64,000 bases of DNA, taken from positions 229,958,001 through 230,022,000 of the forward strand of contig OZ024740.1 of assembly GCA_964016885.1 (NCBI GenBank), given 5' to 3'. This stretch comes from Eledone cirrhosa. Taxonomy: Eukaryota. Below are positions 1 to 15,035 of the stretch, piece by piece. The notes under the pieces were generated by a model. The model had not been told where the DNA came from, made no database searches, and worked only from the letters and a program-made list of their open reading frames with translations. The position numbers and the translations under genes were made by a program. How positions within the stretch are numbered: position 1 is the stretch's first letter; each line of letters opens with the position of its first letter.

Positions 1-261
1 TATATAAAAAATTTGTTTAATAACATAAAGTGTGTATAACATAAAATTTCCTTTAATATCTTAACAATTGTAACAATTATATAACTAAATAACGTAATTT
101 TCCTTCACGCTGCTTTGATATTAGATTGAAATGATTTTCTCTGATTTTATAAGATTCCTATATCTTAAATTAAAAAATCCTTTATATTTTGTATGTATAT
201 ATTATATACGTAGTTAGATATGTATATATATTTTTATACGTGTGTATATATATTTATATGT

Positions 262-445
262 ATGAAAGGCGTAAAATAAGAAAATTATAAAAATTAACTT
301 ACTAACTAAAATTTCACTCCAACTAATTAGTTTCTCCATGTTCCATTCGGAAACCATGTTTATTCCCTTTCAGAAACTAATTAGTTGGAGTGAAATTTTA
401 GTAAGTAAGTTAATTTTTATAATTTTCTTATTTTACGTCTTTCAT
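262..445. repeat. 74-bp inverted repeat carrying the 3' half of an HHR (GAAA-ctaattag-TT), inserted in the pLTR
   Basis: Arms 262-335 and 372-445 with ~2 mismatches; absent from the 3' pLTR copy. Confidence 0.85.
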
Positions 446-803
446 CCCCTTGCATTGAACCACAAAGTTACTAAGACAAAACCTATATATTTGCTAGCAT
501 AGGTATGCATCTGTATATATATGTTGGTAGATATACTAATTCTTTATATTTATATGTATGTATTTTTGCGTGTGTATATGTGTTATATAATATATAGATT
601 TTTAATAATATAGTCTTAATAATAATATATAGATTTCTTAATATATAGATCCCAATTTTTAATGTATTGATCTCAATATTTAACTGATTAACTAAACATT
701 TAATCATATTTAAACAATGGTTAAATGTTTCATATTTTCCAACAGTAATGGTTGCATTCTTAAAGGGTATGTCAATATTTATTTATAAAACTGCTCTATA
801 TTA

Positions 804-868
804 TATTTTATCTGATGAAAGCACACCATAATTTAACTTGGTGTCCTTGAAATATGTATAATGAAATA
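804..868 (+). ncRNA. Type I hammerhead ribozyme in PLE pLTR (5' copy)
   Basis: tattttat-CTGATGA-aagcacacca..tggtgtcctt-GAAA-tatgta-TA-atgaaata; stems I and II pair. Confidence 0.8.
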
Positions 869-1046
869 AATATGGTTTTATAAATATAGTTTCCATTTGT
901 TAATATCGTATTTTTACTCCAATTATTTGTTGAGTGCTTTATATCAGTTATAAAAATATTTGCTTGTTGTATCCCAACAATTTAAATAGAACTTTTACAT
1001 ATATTCTGCTCCTGTATTGTCGAGCACTTTATATTATAACTGAAAA

Positions 1047-3256
1047 ATGGAATTATTTAAGATCTCTTCTTCTCTAAAGGACATACCTTTACCTAGGAAT
1101 AAAGATTTTATTAAACAATTAATAGAAAAATCAGACTCTTTTATGAGAAGAATCAGGTGGCGTGCTTTCCACTTCGATAAATCTAATCTAAATGAAAATG
1201 TTTTCCAATCTGGATAAAATCTTCAAATCTAAAAAAAAATCCACCCCCCAACAAACTACTAATGGAATTTGAAAATGAAATCATATCTATCATCCAAAGC
1301 ATCAAATTCAAAAACAACTTCAAAGGCCAGGATTACTTAAGAAATATTAAAAATAATATTGAAAACTTAGAGAAAACGGAGAAAATTCTAGTCAAATCTG
1401 ACAAAACCAGTAATCTTTACGGAATACAAAAGGACATTTATAACGATCTTATATTAAAGGAATTAAGGAAGAAATACAAAGTAGCAAATAATGACGACCT
1501 TGAAAAATTGAATACAGATGCCTCTTATATAATGCATGAACTAGGCATTGAAAATAAGACACAACCCTTTATGCCAAGGAAACCTAAGATTAATATGAAG
1601 GATCACAAAAGGAACTTTGTAACTGATATACCAGTCAGATTAATTGCACCATCTAAATCGGACCTTGGCAGACTTAGCAAAAATATTTTAGACAGAATAA
1701 TACCACAAATTAAGAATTTATCTTATTTAAAATTATGGAAAGGAACTAGTGAAGTTATCGATTGGTTTAAGGAAATTAAATATAACTATAATAATAAGTT
1801 TATTCAGTTGGATATTGCTAACTATTACTATCTATCACTCCTAATCTACTGAATAAAGCACTAACTTACGCATTTAAACATACAGACTTAACTAGCAATG
1901 AAATGCACATTATATTATCGGCACGCAAAACATTATTAGAATTTAATAACCAACTCTGGACTAGGGCAGATAGAAATAATAACTTCGATATAACTATGGG
2001 ATCATCCGATTCCGCTCAGGTAACGGATCTTGTGGGCCTCTTTATAAATAACTCTCTACATAGGAAAATACCTGAGATAACCGGAGGTTTATATCGTGAC
2101 GACATGCTTTTACTTATAGAAAATAATAACTGTGAACTAAATAGAAAAAGAAAACAAATTATACAATTTTTTAATTACCTTAATCTAAAAGTAGAAATAG
2201 AGAATAACCATAAAATAGTTAACTTTCTAGATGTAACACTAAACCTTAACACATGTCTTCATTATCCATTTCACAAACTAAATGAGAACTTAAACTACGT
2301 CAATTTTAACTTTAATCACCCCAGATCCGTTAAAAATACTATAGTGAACTCTGTACAGGAACGAATTTCGAGAATTTCAGCTAATAAGAATATATTTGAT
2401 GAAAAAGCACATTATTACAACGAAGCGTTAGGTAGAGCTGGGTATAGAAATAAAATTAAATACATTGATAATAATAATATAACAACTAACCATAATCGTA
2501 ACAATTTTAACTATTTTAACAATGTTAACAACTATAATAGAAAACCTTACAATAATTCCGAAAACAAAAAAAAGAAATAGAACTAGGAACATATTATGGT
2601 TCGCTCCTCCTTTCTCATTAAATATTAAAACCCCTATTGCTAAACTATTTTTTAAAGCTCTTGACAAATGCTTCCCTAGAACACATATATTATTCAATCT
2701 TTAATAGACATACTATAAAATTAACTTATTCTTCCACCAAAAACTTAGCGCAAAATATTAATAGAATTAATAATAGAAATTTAAAACCTAACCAAAATAC
2801 CACTAATAACCCAAGCAATATCCAATTTGATAAATGTAACTGTAGAAATAAATCTAACTGTCCGTTAAATAACAATTGCTTAGCTAAAAATATAGTATAT
2901 AATTGTAATGTAAAAACTAATTTAAATTCATTTAATTATGTGGGATCCACTTCCACAGATTTAAATCCCGCTTCAATAATCATAAAAATTCTTTTACAGA
3001 TCCAAACAAAAAATCTTCAACTTCTCTATCTAGCTTATTATGGGACGTCAAACTAAAGAACATTGAATATTCGTTGATTTGGAATATTATTTCAAAAGCT
3101 ACTCCTTTTAACTCCCCTTCAGAAAATTGTGATCTTTGTATAGAGGAAATATTCTTTATATTAAAGAGCAAAAATTCCCTGAACCTAAGGAACAATTTAT
3201 TCAGTTGCTGTAGACATAGATTGAACTCAACGTTTAAATATAAATTTAAAATGTAA
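1047..3256 (+). pseudogene. Frameshifted PLE RT/GIY-YIG endonuclease ORF (Naiad-like)
   Basis: MELFKISSSLKDIPLP...RRIRWRAFHF start; KSDKT, KDHK..F, RLIAPSKSDLG, FDITMGSSDSAQV, LYRDD, FLDVTLNL; CNCRNKSNCPLNNNC; IVY..YVG; CDLC..E..LN.R...CCRH. Several frameshifts and stops. Confidence 0.92.
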
Positions 3257-3760
3257 TATATAATTAATTAATTAATTCTATTAATATATTGAACCTGTCG
3301 ATAAATCATTAGATTCCTTCATTTTTTTTACTGCTTATACACTCAAGTAAAAAAAACTTTTCTTCCTAAATATAAATAAATATAATAAACTCTTCTAGAG
3401 AAATATACTGAAAGTTCTTAAAAGGGGAAAATATTTTTTGATAGTTTCTCCTATTTTCGAAAGTTTATCTTTATACGTAGAAAATGTTTATACTAAATTT
3501 ATTAAACATATTATTATTTTGAAATTATAACTTGAAATATTCTATAATATTTTTAAAGTTATATTGTTTTAAAGTTATATTGCTTATAATTATATTTCCA
3601 AATCGTAATATAATTCTTTTGTATTTTATGTACTTCAATTATACTATGTACTGTATTTATATATACTTCTCTCTATATATATATGTGTGTGTGTGTATTG
3701 ATATACATGTACATATGGTTTATGCGTTGTACATATGTTTTATGCGTGTATGTCTATCTG

Positions 3761-3800
<40 letters not shown>

Positions 3801-4763
3801 ATGCATATCTACCTATTTGTGTGGGCACATATATGTATCTATATGTGGGAATTGTGTATGTATATATATGTGTATATGCATACAATTCGATTGCATTTAT
3901 TTATAGGGATTATCCCAAGGTTCGTGACAAATAAACATATAATAACAGTCATAAATACATAACGGGTAATCATAAAACTTATATAAAAAAATTTGTTTAA
4001 TAACATAAAGTGTGTATAACATAAAATTTCCTTTAATATCTTAACAATTGTAACATTGATATAACTAAATAACGTGATTTTCCTTCACGCTGCTTTGATA
4101 TTACATTGAAATGATTTTCTCTGATTTTATAAGATTCCTATATCTTAAATTAAAAAATCCTTTATATTTTGTATGTATATATTATATACGTAGTTAGATA
4201 TGTATATATATTTTTATACGTGTGTATATATATTTATATGTATGTATTTTTGCGTGTGTATATGTGTTATATAATATGTAGATTTTTAATAATATAGTCT
4301 TAATAATAATATATAGATTTCTTAATATATAGATCCCAATTTTTAATGTATTGATCTCAATATTTAACTGATTAAATAAACATTTAATCATATTTAAACA
4401 AGGGTTAAATTTTTCATATTATATATGTATATTCCATTCATGATTATTAACATTTCTAATTTTATTTATTCATTTCATCTCAAATGTTAAGATAACTCAA
4501 CAAGATATGACTTAGAGTTTTCGCTCTCTCTCCTTTCTCTTTCTTTCTCCTCTCCCTCTCTCTTTTTTTTCTCTCTGTTGTTCTGCTCTCTCTCTCTCTC
4601 TTTCTCTTTCTCCGTAACCCAACGGCTTATTTAAAAATATCCAATACTAACTTACCTAATAATATAATTAAAGATATAACTCCACTATCCGGGAGCTTCC
4701 AACAGTAATGGTTGCATTCTTTAAGGGTATGTCAATATTTATTTATAAAACTGCTCTATATTA

Positions 4764-4828
4764 TATTTTATCTGATGAAAGCACACCATAATTTAACTTG
4801 GTGTCCTTGAAATATGTATAATGAAATA
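4764..4828 (+). ncRNA. Type I hammerhead ribozyme in PLE pLTR (3' copy)
   Basis: Identical to 804-868, offset 3960 bp. Confidence 0.8.
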
Positions 4829-4867
4829 AATATGGTTTTATAAATATAGTTTCCATTTGTTAATATC

Positions 4868-5289
<422 letters not shown>

Positions 5290-7335
5290 GTTGTTATATA
5301 GTAAGGTGCATTATTGGATGTGTTATATGGTCCAATAAATTTATGTTAGCAACATTATGTTCTCCACGCTTTTGTATATCTCCAATTCCATTCAAGGGAA
5401 CAGCTAGATGATGTAAAACGGAGTATAAGTATCAAAATGAAAATCCGAAGGCAAGGTAAAATTCCAATCATTTAATCACGACACGTTTCAATAAGAGATA
5501 GATCGATTGTGAAGCCATGATCGATTATCACTGATCTAATCAGGTGAAAATGAATTGTCTTCAAATTCTTGATATGAGGGAGAAAAATAACGATGTTCTC
5601 TCACAGAATTCCTTCCCTCATATGAAGACACCCCAGTCAGAGACACGGCGACGGCTATTAACTTCAGTTGAGGTCATAAAAGTTGTCAGATCTCTATTGC
5701 TGCAAAAGACGCTGGACATCAATCAAATCTGTAGGGATATAGTCGGTCACAGTTAATGTGAGTGGGTACACACACACTCCACACCCACATACACCGGCTC
5801 GAGGTCAAAGAAAAAAATATATACATATACACACATCAACACAGTATCAAACCTCTAGAATTATAGAAGGTCACAGTTAGTGTGGGTGAGTACACACACA
5901 CTCTCAGACATATAAGAATGTACCAACACAACACCGAAAGTTAGTTCACAAAACAACAGATACTATATTGGTCAAATCTCAATTTGACGATGTAAATTGG
6001 AAATATTGGGTTAACCAACGCCCCCCCCCCCCCCCCACACACACACACAAGCAAGTAAGTTCAGTTCAATGTTCTGCTATACGTGTATAGATTGAATTGT
6101 AACATCCATATCTGCAAGTGTATGTTATGGTATATACACATCCGAATCGTCCAAAAAAGGGTATGTCCGAGTATATACACATCCATGTGAAGAGCAAGCA
6201 ATCAGCTCATATCGAACTCAGTATGTACCGCTGTCCCATTGAGAATCCGAGTCACGAAATTCGTGCGTGCCAGCAACCGCAATGTAGGCCAGCAAGGGGT
6301 TCCGTGTAGGGTTGGGTATTGGGTAAATGCGTCAGTAAGTGCGATTTCCCGTCATATGGGCCAATGAGCTTTTAAGATAATTGTTTGAGTGGTGGAGGTG
6401 TGTTATCCAACACAGAAGGTGAAGTAAAAAAACACAGGATAGTAAAATCCAGAGGATGTGTGTAGGCCCATTAATGGTGTGTAAGTATTATTGTTCAATC
6501 CGTAACAGTGAATCCTCCATAGTTAGATGATCACGGATCAAAACCTAGTGTAGTGTTCAGTCGGTAGGAACGTGACAGTCGTAATTGTGGGAGCTCAATG
6601 TCTAAAGGAAACGGGTACTGTGTGTAGAGTTATGTATAGAGAGCGTAATCGGTCCTAACTAAGTGTGTAATACGACTAGCTATATCCCAACTGAGAGAAC
6701 TGAATGGTTAGGGTATCTTAAAGTAAATGTAGTTGCGCGTAATCGGTCATGCCTGAGTGTGCAATCAATTACTAACCAGGTATTCTAAGTGTGTAATCAA
6801 TCTAACTATTTACTAGCTAGGTATTCTAAAAAAGTGCACTCAGCTTTGAGAACTCCGTGGAAACAGGCCGAGTACCGTTTGTAAGTGCGCAAACGGTCTT
6901 AGCCGTCTAACTACCTGAGTGTGTGACTGTCTCTTTATTGAGAGGACTCTATGGCTAAAGTAGAGAGGGAGGAGTTAGTGGTAGGTTACCTTCCAAAAAT
7001 CCTGCGGAAGGTTTTCGAGGTTCTATGTTGGCAGTTGCTGAAAAAATCTGCTCTCCTATTAATTAATAGGGGTCCGCCTCTAACAATATTAAAGGGTTCA
7101 GCTATACATAAATTGCAGACGCCAGTGCTGCCGTTATAAGGTTGGGCTGAGCAAAATATGGACCAGGATAAGGAGTGCTCTATATGCTGATGTTTAAGCT
7201 TCCAGACTAATTCACAAAGTGCAGTGCTATTTTTTTTTCTCCCTCATATCAAGAATTTGAAGACAATTCATTTTCACCTGATGAGATCAGTGATAATCGA
7301 TCATGGCTTCACAATCGATCTATCCCTTATTGAAA
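5290..7335 (-). mobile_element. ~2-kb apparently non-coding element with inverted HHR-bearing arms
   Basis: ~5481-5567 is the reverse complement of ~7230-7335. HHR: tcac-CTGAT(G/T)A-long stem II-GAAA-cgtg-TC-gtga. No credible ORF inside. Confidence 0.7.
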
Positions 7336-7577
7336 CATACGTACATATATATATGTGTGCATGTATGTATATATATATACATACTACTGTACGTCTGTAT
7401 ACATATATGTATGTACGTGTCGTACTAAGAGTGGGAAATGAAATTTCGTTTAATTTTTTCCGTTTATCCTTTTCGGTGCACCCGGCCGATTAACCCACTC
7501 GATATGCAAATTGGGCTACTCAGCCGTTAATATGCATAAGGTAAGTATATACGTTCAACAATCTGGCAGGAAGGTAT

Positions 7578-7620
7578 ACGTTGCTGACGATAGCTAATAA
7601 GCTTGAAATTAGTACAGCGT
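7578..7620 (+). ncRNA. Minimal type I hammerhead ribozyme (family A unit 1)
   Basis: acgttg-CTGACGA-t-agct-aata-agct-t-GAAA-ttag-TA-cagcgt. Confidence 0.85.
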
Positions 7621-7996
7621 TCCTTTGTCAGTGTGGAACAAACGAGAAACGATGGTTGCTAGACACTACGGCTTAATACGGATGTTTGTTTACAAACACA
7701 CCGAGCATTATAATAAATGTTCGGTGAATCCATACGTACATATATATATGTGTGCATGTATGTATATATATATACATACTACTGTACGTCTGTATACATA
7801 TATGTATGTACGCGTACATACTTATATTTAAGTAACAGCCGTACTAAGAGTGGGAAATGAAATTTCGTTTCATTTTTTCCGTTTATCCTTTTCGGTGCAC
7901 CCGGCCGATTAACCCACTCGATATGCAAATTGGACTACTCAGCCGTTAATATGCATAAGGTAAGTATATACGTTCAACAATCTGGCAGGAAGGTAT

Positions 7997-8039
7997 ACGT
8001 TGCTGACGATAGCTAATAAGCTTGAAACTAGTACAGTGT
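7997..8039 (+). ncRNA. Minimal type I hammerhead ribozyme (family A unit 2)
   Basis: Same fold, palindromic stem III ACTAGT. Confidence 0.88.
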
Positions 8040-8417
8040 TCCTTTGTCAGTGTTGAACAAACGAGAAACGATGGTTGCTAGACACCACGGCTTAATACGG
8101 GATGTTTGTTTACAAACACACCGAGCATTACATAAATGTTCGGTGAATCCATACGTACATATATATATATGTGTGCATGTATGTATATATATATACATAC
8201 TACTGTACGTCTGTATACATATATGTATGTACGTGTACATACTTATATTTAAGTAACAGCCGTACTAAGAGTGAGAAATGAAATTTCGTTTCATTTTTTC
8301 CGTTTATCCTTTTCGGTGCACCCGGCCGATTAACCCACTCGATATGCAAATTGGACTACTCAGCCGTTAATATGCATAAGGTAAGTATATACGTTCAACA
8401 ATCTGGCAGGAAGGTAT

Positions 8418-8460
8418 ACGTTGCTGACGATAGCTAATAAGCTTGAAACTAGTACAGTGT
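8418..8460 (+). ncRNA. Minimal type I hammerhead ribozyme (family A unit 3)
   Basis: Same as unit 2. Confidence 0.88.
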
Positions 8461-8722
8461 TCCTTTGTCAGTGTTGAACAAACGAGAAACGATGGTTGCT
8501 AGACACTACGGCTTAATACGGGATGTTTGTTTACAAACACACCGAGCATTACATAAATGTTCGGTGAATCCATACGTACATATATATATATGTGTGCATG
8601 TATGTATATATATATACATACTACTGTACGTCTGTATACATATATGTATGTACGTGTACATACTTATATTTAAGTAACAGCCGTACTAAGAGTGAGAAAT
8701 GAAATTTCGTTTCATTTTTTCC

Positions 8723-8780
<58 letters not shown>

Positions 8781-8786
<6 letters not shown>

Positions 8787-9360
8787 GGAAAAAAATGAAA
8801 CGAAATTTCATTTCCCACTCTTAGTACGGCTGTTACTTAAATATAAGTATGTACACATACATACATATATGTATACAGACATACAGTAGTATGTATATAT
8901 ATATACATACATGCACACATATATATATGTACGTACGGATTTACCGAACATTTATTATAATGCTCGGTTTGTTTGTAAACAAACATCCCGAGTTAAGCCG
9001 TAGTGTCTAGCAACCATCGTTTCTCGTTTGTTCAACACTGACAAAGGAACGATGTACTAGTTTCAAGCTTATTAGCTAACGTCAGCACCGTATACCTTCC
9101 TGCCAGATGATTGAACGTCTGAAAGTATTTACTTTCCTTATGCATATTAACGGCTGAGCAGCCTAATTTGCATATCGAGTGAGTTAATCGGCCGGGCGCA
9201 CCGAAAACGATAAATGGAAAAAATGGAAAAAATGCACACATATATATATGTACGTACATATCTATATGTATGCATGTAAATATATATATACATACTACTG
9301 TATGTCTGTCTGTATACATATATGTATACATATATACATACTTATATGTATACATACTTA
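8781..9360 (-). mobile_element. Inverted, diverged family A copy (HHR 9049-9091)
   Basis: Reverse complement of the unit; stem I acggtg/catcgt; core reads CTGACGT. Confidence 0.85.
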
Positions 9361-9364
9361 TATG

Positions 9365-10310
<946 letters not shown>

Positions 10311-10573
10311 GTTTATGTGTTTGTTTTGCAAGATTCTTGATGTGAAATCGCGTATTGAAGCCAACATTGTTATATTTGGGGATGGCCATGTGGTTAGTAT
10401 TATCAATAAAAAGAAACACACACTCTATATGATTTTCACTTTATCTTTACCATCTAGTCTACCGTTTCATATTGAAAAAGACAAGATGGAGTAGCAGATT
10501 AAGACGAGGAAGAAGGGGAGGCACAATAGCGAACAGAGTTATTGAGGAGGTCACAGAATGTTTGATGAAAGAA

Positions 10574-10609
10574 TCTTCTGATGAAGGATTAGTGTCCGAA
10601 ACGTTAAGA
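10574..10609 (+). ncRNA. Minimal type I hammerhead ribozyme
   Basis: tctt-CTGATGA-a-gga-ttagtg-tcc-GAAA-cg-TT-aaga, within a ~10307-10665 element. Confidence 0.82.
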
Positions 10610-10667
10610 CCTTTTTTCTATTATTTCAAGCGTTAAACTAATATATTTCTTCATTTTACTGTGTAAT

Positions 10668-10958
10668 ATAGTATTATATTGTATATATAAATATTATATT
10701 GTATATATATATAAGTATTATATTGTATATATAAGTATTATATTGTTTATATAAGTATTATATTGTATATATAAGTATTATATTGTATATATAAGTATTA
10801 TATTGTATATATAAGTATTATATTGCATATATAGTATTATATTGTATATATAAGTATTATATTGTATATGTAAGTATTATATTGTATGTATAAGTATTAT
10901 ATTGTATATATATAGTATTATATTGTATATATAAGTATTATATTGTATATATAAGTAA
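10668..10958 (+). repeat. ~20-bp minisatellite (agtattatattgtatatata)n
   Basis: About 14 tandem units; the repeat resumes at 12073-12100. Confidence 0.9.
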
Positions 10959-10960
10959 TA

Positions 10961-12072
10961 TCTATATATATAAAAATGTTGTTTTCTCTGTGTGTGTCCT
11001 CATTTTTGCAAAGTCTATACAAATCAACATTTCTACTCCGATTAACTTCAAACTTGCATTTATATATTCCTTGCGGTCTAAAGATATTAACTGCAGCTTT
11101 AATTTTCAATTTTCTGTTCTTAAATGGGTGTTAGGCGTCGGTTATCCATCTCCGTCGCGCTCTTATAATATCTGTCTGTATGCCTGACTGTCTGCATTAC
11201 GACATTCTGACGAACATTGATGACGTATTATGTTCGCTATTTTCCGTTCATTGCCAGGGAACGTCTTCAGGAATCAAAGTATCGTCTTCCTGTTTTCCTT
11301 CGGTTGCAACGTTTTTCGAAATATTTACTTCTGCGATCACAGATTAATGTTTTTAGTTTCAGAAAATCGCGTTAAGGGTGAAAGCAACGATTCTTTGCTT
11401 AAACACTTCTTGCCAATAAACATTAACCCTTTGTGCGCCATTCGTCTAATTGTAGACCAACAAATACCAACTAAACGGAGCATTGGCAAGAACGATGGTG
11501 AATGAATCTTCGAGGTAAGCAGTTTCCTCCCGAGCTGTTAGTTCACGCGAGATTCTCTGCTACACCTTTTCGTATAATACCGAACAACGTACTGCTGGTC
11601 ACTCCTTCCTCCAAAAGCCGTACAAAGCGGACATGTGCATCAGGTAGATGGATCAGGTGCAAATCTACACCAGGCCTACGCGAGAAATTCGCAAGGAACT
11701 CTACCGAGAGGGATAGAGATAAAGAGTAACTTAGTGGAAAGTGTGCGAATGAACTTTTGAGGTAAGTAGTCTACGCCTTACTGCTATCACACTGGAACCT
11801 TCTGCCAACTTAACCTGTGACTTTCTCTTTCACATTTACTCCAAAAGGCCAAAACAGAGGAGTATGAAAAGAAGGGGCTCAACAATATTTCTATGAATAA
11901 TGCACGTAGACAGCTAAACTGTACTTTCCACTTCTTAATTTTCTCCAAATAAAACAAGTTTCCTGTCGGTATATTTTCGTGAGTTTTTAACAGGCACTCA
12001 CAAATAAACGTTTCTCATTGGAGGTGCTATTACCAATGTTCTTACCCGTGCAACGCCGGGATACACTGCTAG
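10961..12072 (+). mobile_element. Non-autonomous Helitron
   Basis: A|TCTATATATATAAAA start; subterminal hairpin cccgtgcaacgccggg; CTAG|T end; no TSD. Confidence 0.85.
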
Positions 12073-12354
12073 TATTGTATATATAAGTATTATATTGTAT
12101 TGAACTTTAATATATGACATTTTCCTCTTGATTAAACTGTAGAAAGAAATAATTGTTTCTACTTTTGGCACAAGGCCAGTCATTACCCAGTGCATTACTG
12201 GTACTTTATTAGTTTATCGGCCCCGTAAGGATGAAAGGCAAAGAAATAATAAATGATAATGTAACCTTGATTTTATAGTTTATTTCAATGTTGTTCTTAT
12301 TGATATTGTTGTTGCTGAGACTCAAATTCTTTGTTTTGGGAGGGTTGGATAGGT

Positions 12355-13017
12355 GTTATGTATGTGTGTGTGTGTGTATGTGTGTGTATGTATGTGGTTG
12401 TGTGATTGTGTGTGTGGGTGTGTGTGTGTGTGTGTATGTGTATGTTTGTGAGTATGTGTGTATGTGTGTATGTGTGTATGTGTGTGTGTGTGGGGGGGGT
12501 GTATGTGTGCTTATGTGTTTCTGTGATTGTGTGCGTTTGTGTGTGTTTGTATGCTTGTGTGTCTGTTTGTGTGTTTGTTTGTGTGTATGCGTGTCTGGTT
12601 GTATGTGTGTTTGTGTATTTGTGTGAGTATTTGTATATTTGTGTGTGTGTTTGTGTGTGTTTGTGTATGTGTGTATGTGTATATGTTTGTGTGTGTGTTT
12701 ATTTCTGTGTTTCTTAGTGTCTACGTGTGTATGTTTGTGCGTGTTTGTGTTATTTGTGTGTATGTTTGTATACCTGTGTGTGTGTTTGTGTGTTTGTGTG
12801 CGTGTATTTTTGTGTTTGTGAATGTATGTGTGTGCTTGTGTGTATATGTGTGTTTGTGTGTTATTGTGCGTGTGTGTTTGTGTGTGTTTGTGTGTTTGTG
12901 TGTGTATATGTGTGCTTGTGTGTTATTGTGCGTGTGTGTTTGTGTATTTGTGGGTGTGTTTGTGTGCGTGTGTGTTTATGTGTGTGTGGGTGTGTGTTTG
13001 TGTGTTTCTGTGCTTGT

Positions 13018-13050
<33 letters not shown>
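12355..13050. repeat. Degenerate (GT)n low-complexity tract
   Basis: Direct inspection. Confidence 0.95.
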
Positions 13051-13053
<3 letters not shown>

Positions 13054-13486
13054 TTATTTTCTTTTTTTTAAGTCCAACTTTCCTTTGTAATGACGTTGGG
13101 CGGGAAAGAGAGCTTTTCACTTCCATTCATTCAGCAGTTACATTATAAACCATAAGAAGCTGAGTTCAGAGAGCACCGCCACTTACATTAAATCTACTTT
13201 GGAAGCAGTTATTGATACACTTAACTAGCCACCTATTATCGAATTGATGATATCAGTAGACGTAAATAGAGTGAAGAGAAGGGGGAGGAGAAAGGGAGTG
13301 AAAGAGAATGGGCGAGAGAGCGGGGGAAGGAGAGTTAGAAAGCATTGAGAGAGAGGGGCGATAGAGTCATAAAGAAAGAAAGCATTGAAAGAGGGAGACA
13401 TGAGAGCAGAGAGAGAAAGAGTGAAGAAATAGAGAAAGAGAGAGAAATGAAGCACTGAGAGAGGAAGATAGCGAAAAGAGAGATAG

Positions 13487-13559
<73 letters not shown>

Positions 13560-13563
<4 letters not shown>

Positions 13564-13670
13564 TGTTTCTTTATTAGCCACAGGGGCACAAAAGAAGGGG
13601 ACAAATACAAAGGGGGAAGTTTACATACAATAAAAGCGTGTAAAATGTTATCACAAATGCAATTTAAAAA
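13560..13670 (-). mobile_element. 3' end of an L1/Tx1-family element between (GATA)n tracts
   Basis: Similar to 57149-57240; TGTGGCTAATAAAGAAA terminus on the minus strand. Confidence 0.7.
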
Positions 13671-13678
13671 ATTAGTCG

Positions 13679-13716
<38 letters not shown>

Positions 13717-13730
13717 CGATAGATAGATAA

Positions 13731-13761
<31 letters not shown>

Positions 13762-13977
13762 CAGTGAACGGGTGAGACAGAATAAATAGGTGTTAGATAA
13801 TAGCTGATGTAAGTGGTTGTTAATAAGCTGTCTTTACCAGCGAGACAATCCAATGTGGCAAAAAGGTAAGCAATGGCTTTTATTTAATTAATCCGCCTTT
13901 AACTTGATACCTTCTTCAGTTCCTATCTCAACAGGAGGCACGGCTACTGAATAAAACAGCATTGAACGGTCGTAGAT

Positions 13978-14765
13978 ACATCATCATCATCATCTTCAAC
14001 ATCATCATCATCGCCATCATCATCTTCATCATCGTCATCATCATCGTCATCGTCATCATCATCATCATCATCAACATCATCAACATCATCATCATCAGCA
14101 GCATGCCCCTAACCATAGCCATCCTCCTCCTCATCATCATTATCATCATGTCATCATGTCATCATTAGCATCTTAATATCTATCATCACCATCATCATCA
14201 ACAGCATCCTCATCATCATCATCACCATCATCAGCGTCATCATCATCATCGTCATCATCAACACCATCATCCTCATCGTCGTCATCAACATCACCATCCT
14301 CGTCCACCACTACTACCATCACCCCCACCACCAGCACAACCACCACCACCAACACAACCACCACTACTACCAGCACCACCAGCACCACCACCACCACCAC
14401 TACTACCATCACCGCCACCACCAGCACAACCACCACCATCACCACAACCACCACTACTACCAGCACCACCACCACTACCACTACTACCAGCACAACCACC
14501 ACCACCACTACTACCAGCACAACCACCACCAACATCACCATCACTACCACCACCACCACCACCACCACCACTGCCATCACCACCACCACCACCACACCAC
14601 CACCACCACCACCACCACCACCACCACTACCACCACCACCACCACCACCACCACCACCACCACCACCACCAACACAACCACCACCACCACGATCACTACC
14701 ACCACCACCACCACCACCACCACTACCACCACCACCCCACCACCAGCACTACCACCACCACCACT
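13978..14765. repeat. (CAT)n/(CAC)n low-complexity tract
   Basis: Direct inspection. Confidence 0.95.
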
Positions 14766-14933
14766 GTTTCTGTTTGTTTATTCACCAAAACAACACATCT
14801 TCATTCCATATATAACATATATTATTATATATTATTATATATTATTATATATCTTTATATATCTTTATATATCTTTCTATAGTGTAGCTATCAAATTTCG
14901 TATTCATTTTTATATGTATGTATATATATATAT

Positions 14934-15035
<102 letters not shown>

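Larger units (their letters stand above)
1..4870 (+). mobile_element. Penelope-like element (Naiad-type), near full length, with tandem pseudo-LTR
   Basis: 1-736 repeats ~3981-4420 (with an insert at ~262-545) and 738-910 repeats 4698-4870. RT + GIY-YIG lie between. Both pLTR copies carry an HHR, and the 3' end runs into (TA)n. Confidence 0.9.
7336..8727 (+). mobile_element. Tandem array (~3.3 units, ~420 bp) of an HHR-containing retrozyme-like monomer (family A)
   Basis: Unit recurs with a period of 419-421 bp; one HHR per unit; ends in (TA)n. Confidence 0.9.

Noticed and set aside
4421-4697. Segment missing from the 5' pLTR as a spliced intron
   Set aside because: No GT-AG boundaries on either strand; more likely a deletion or template jump.
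1047-4870. Selenoprotein Naiad (UGA-Sec plus SECIS), known for some Naiads
   Set aside because: Conserved Cys positions use TGT/TGC; the TGA at ~1850 comes from a frameshift; no convincing SECIS was seen.
7336-8727. CRISPR-like array
   Set aside because: Whole 420-bp units repeat, with no unique spacers and no cas genes; eukaryotic context.
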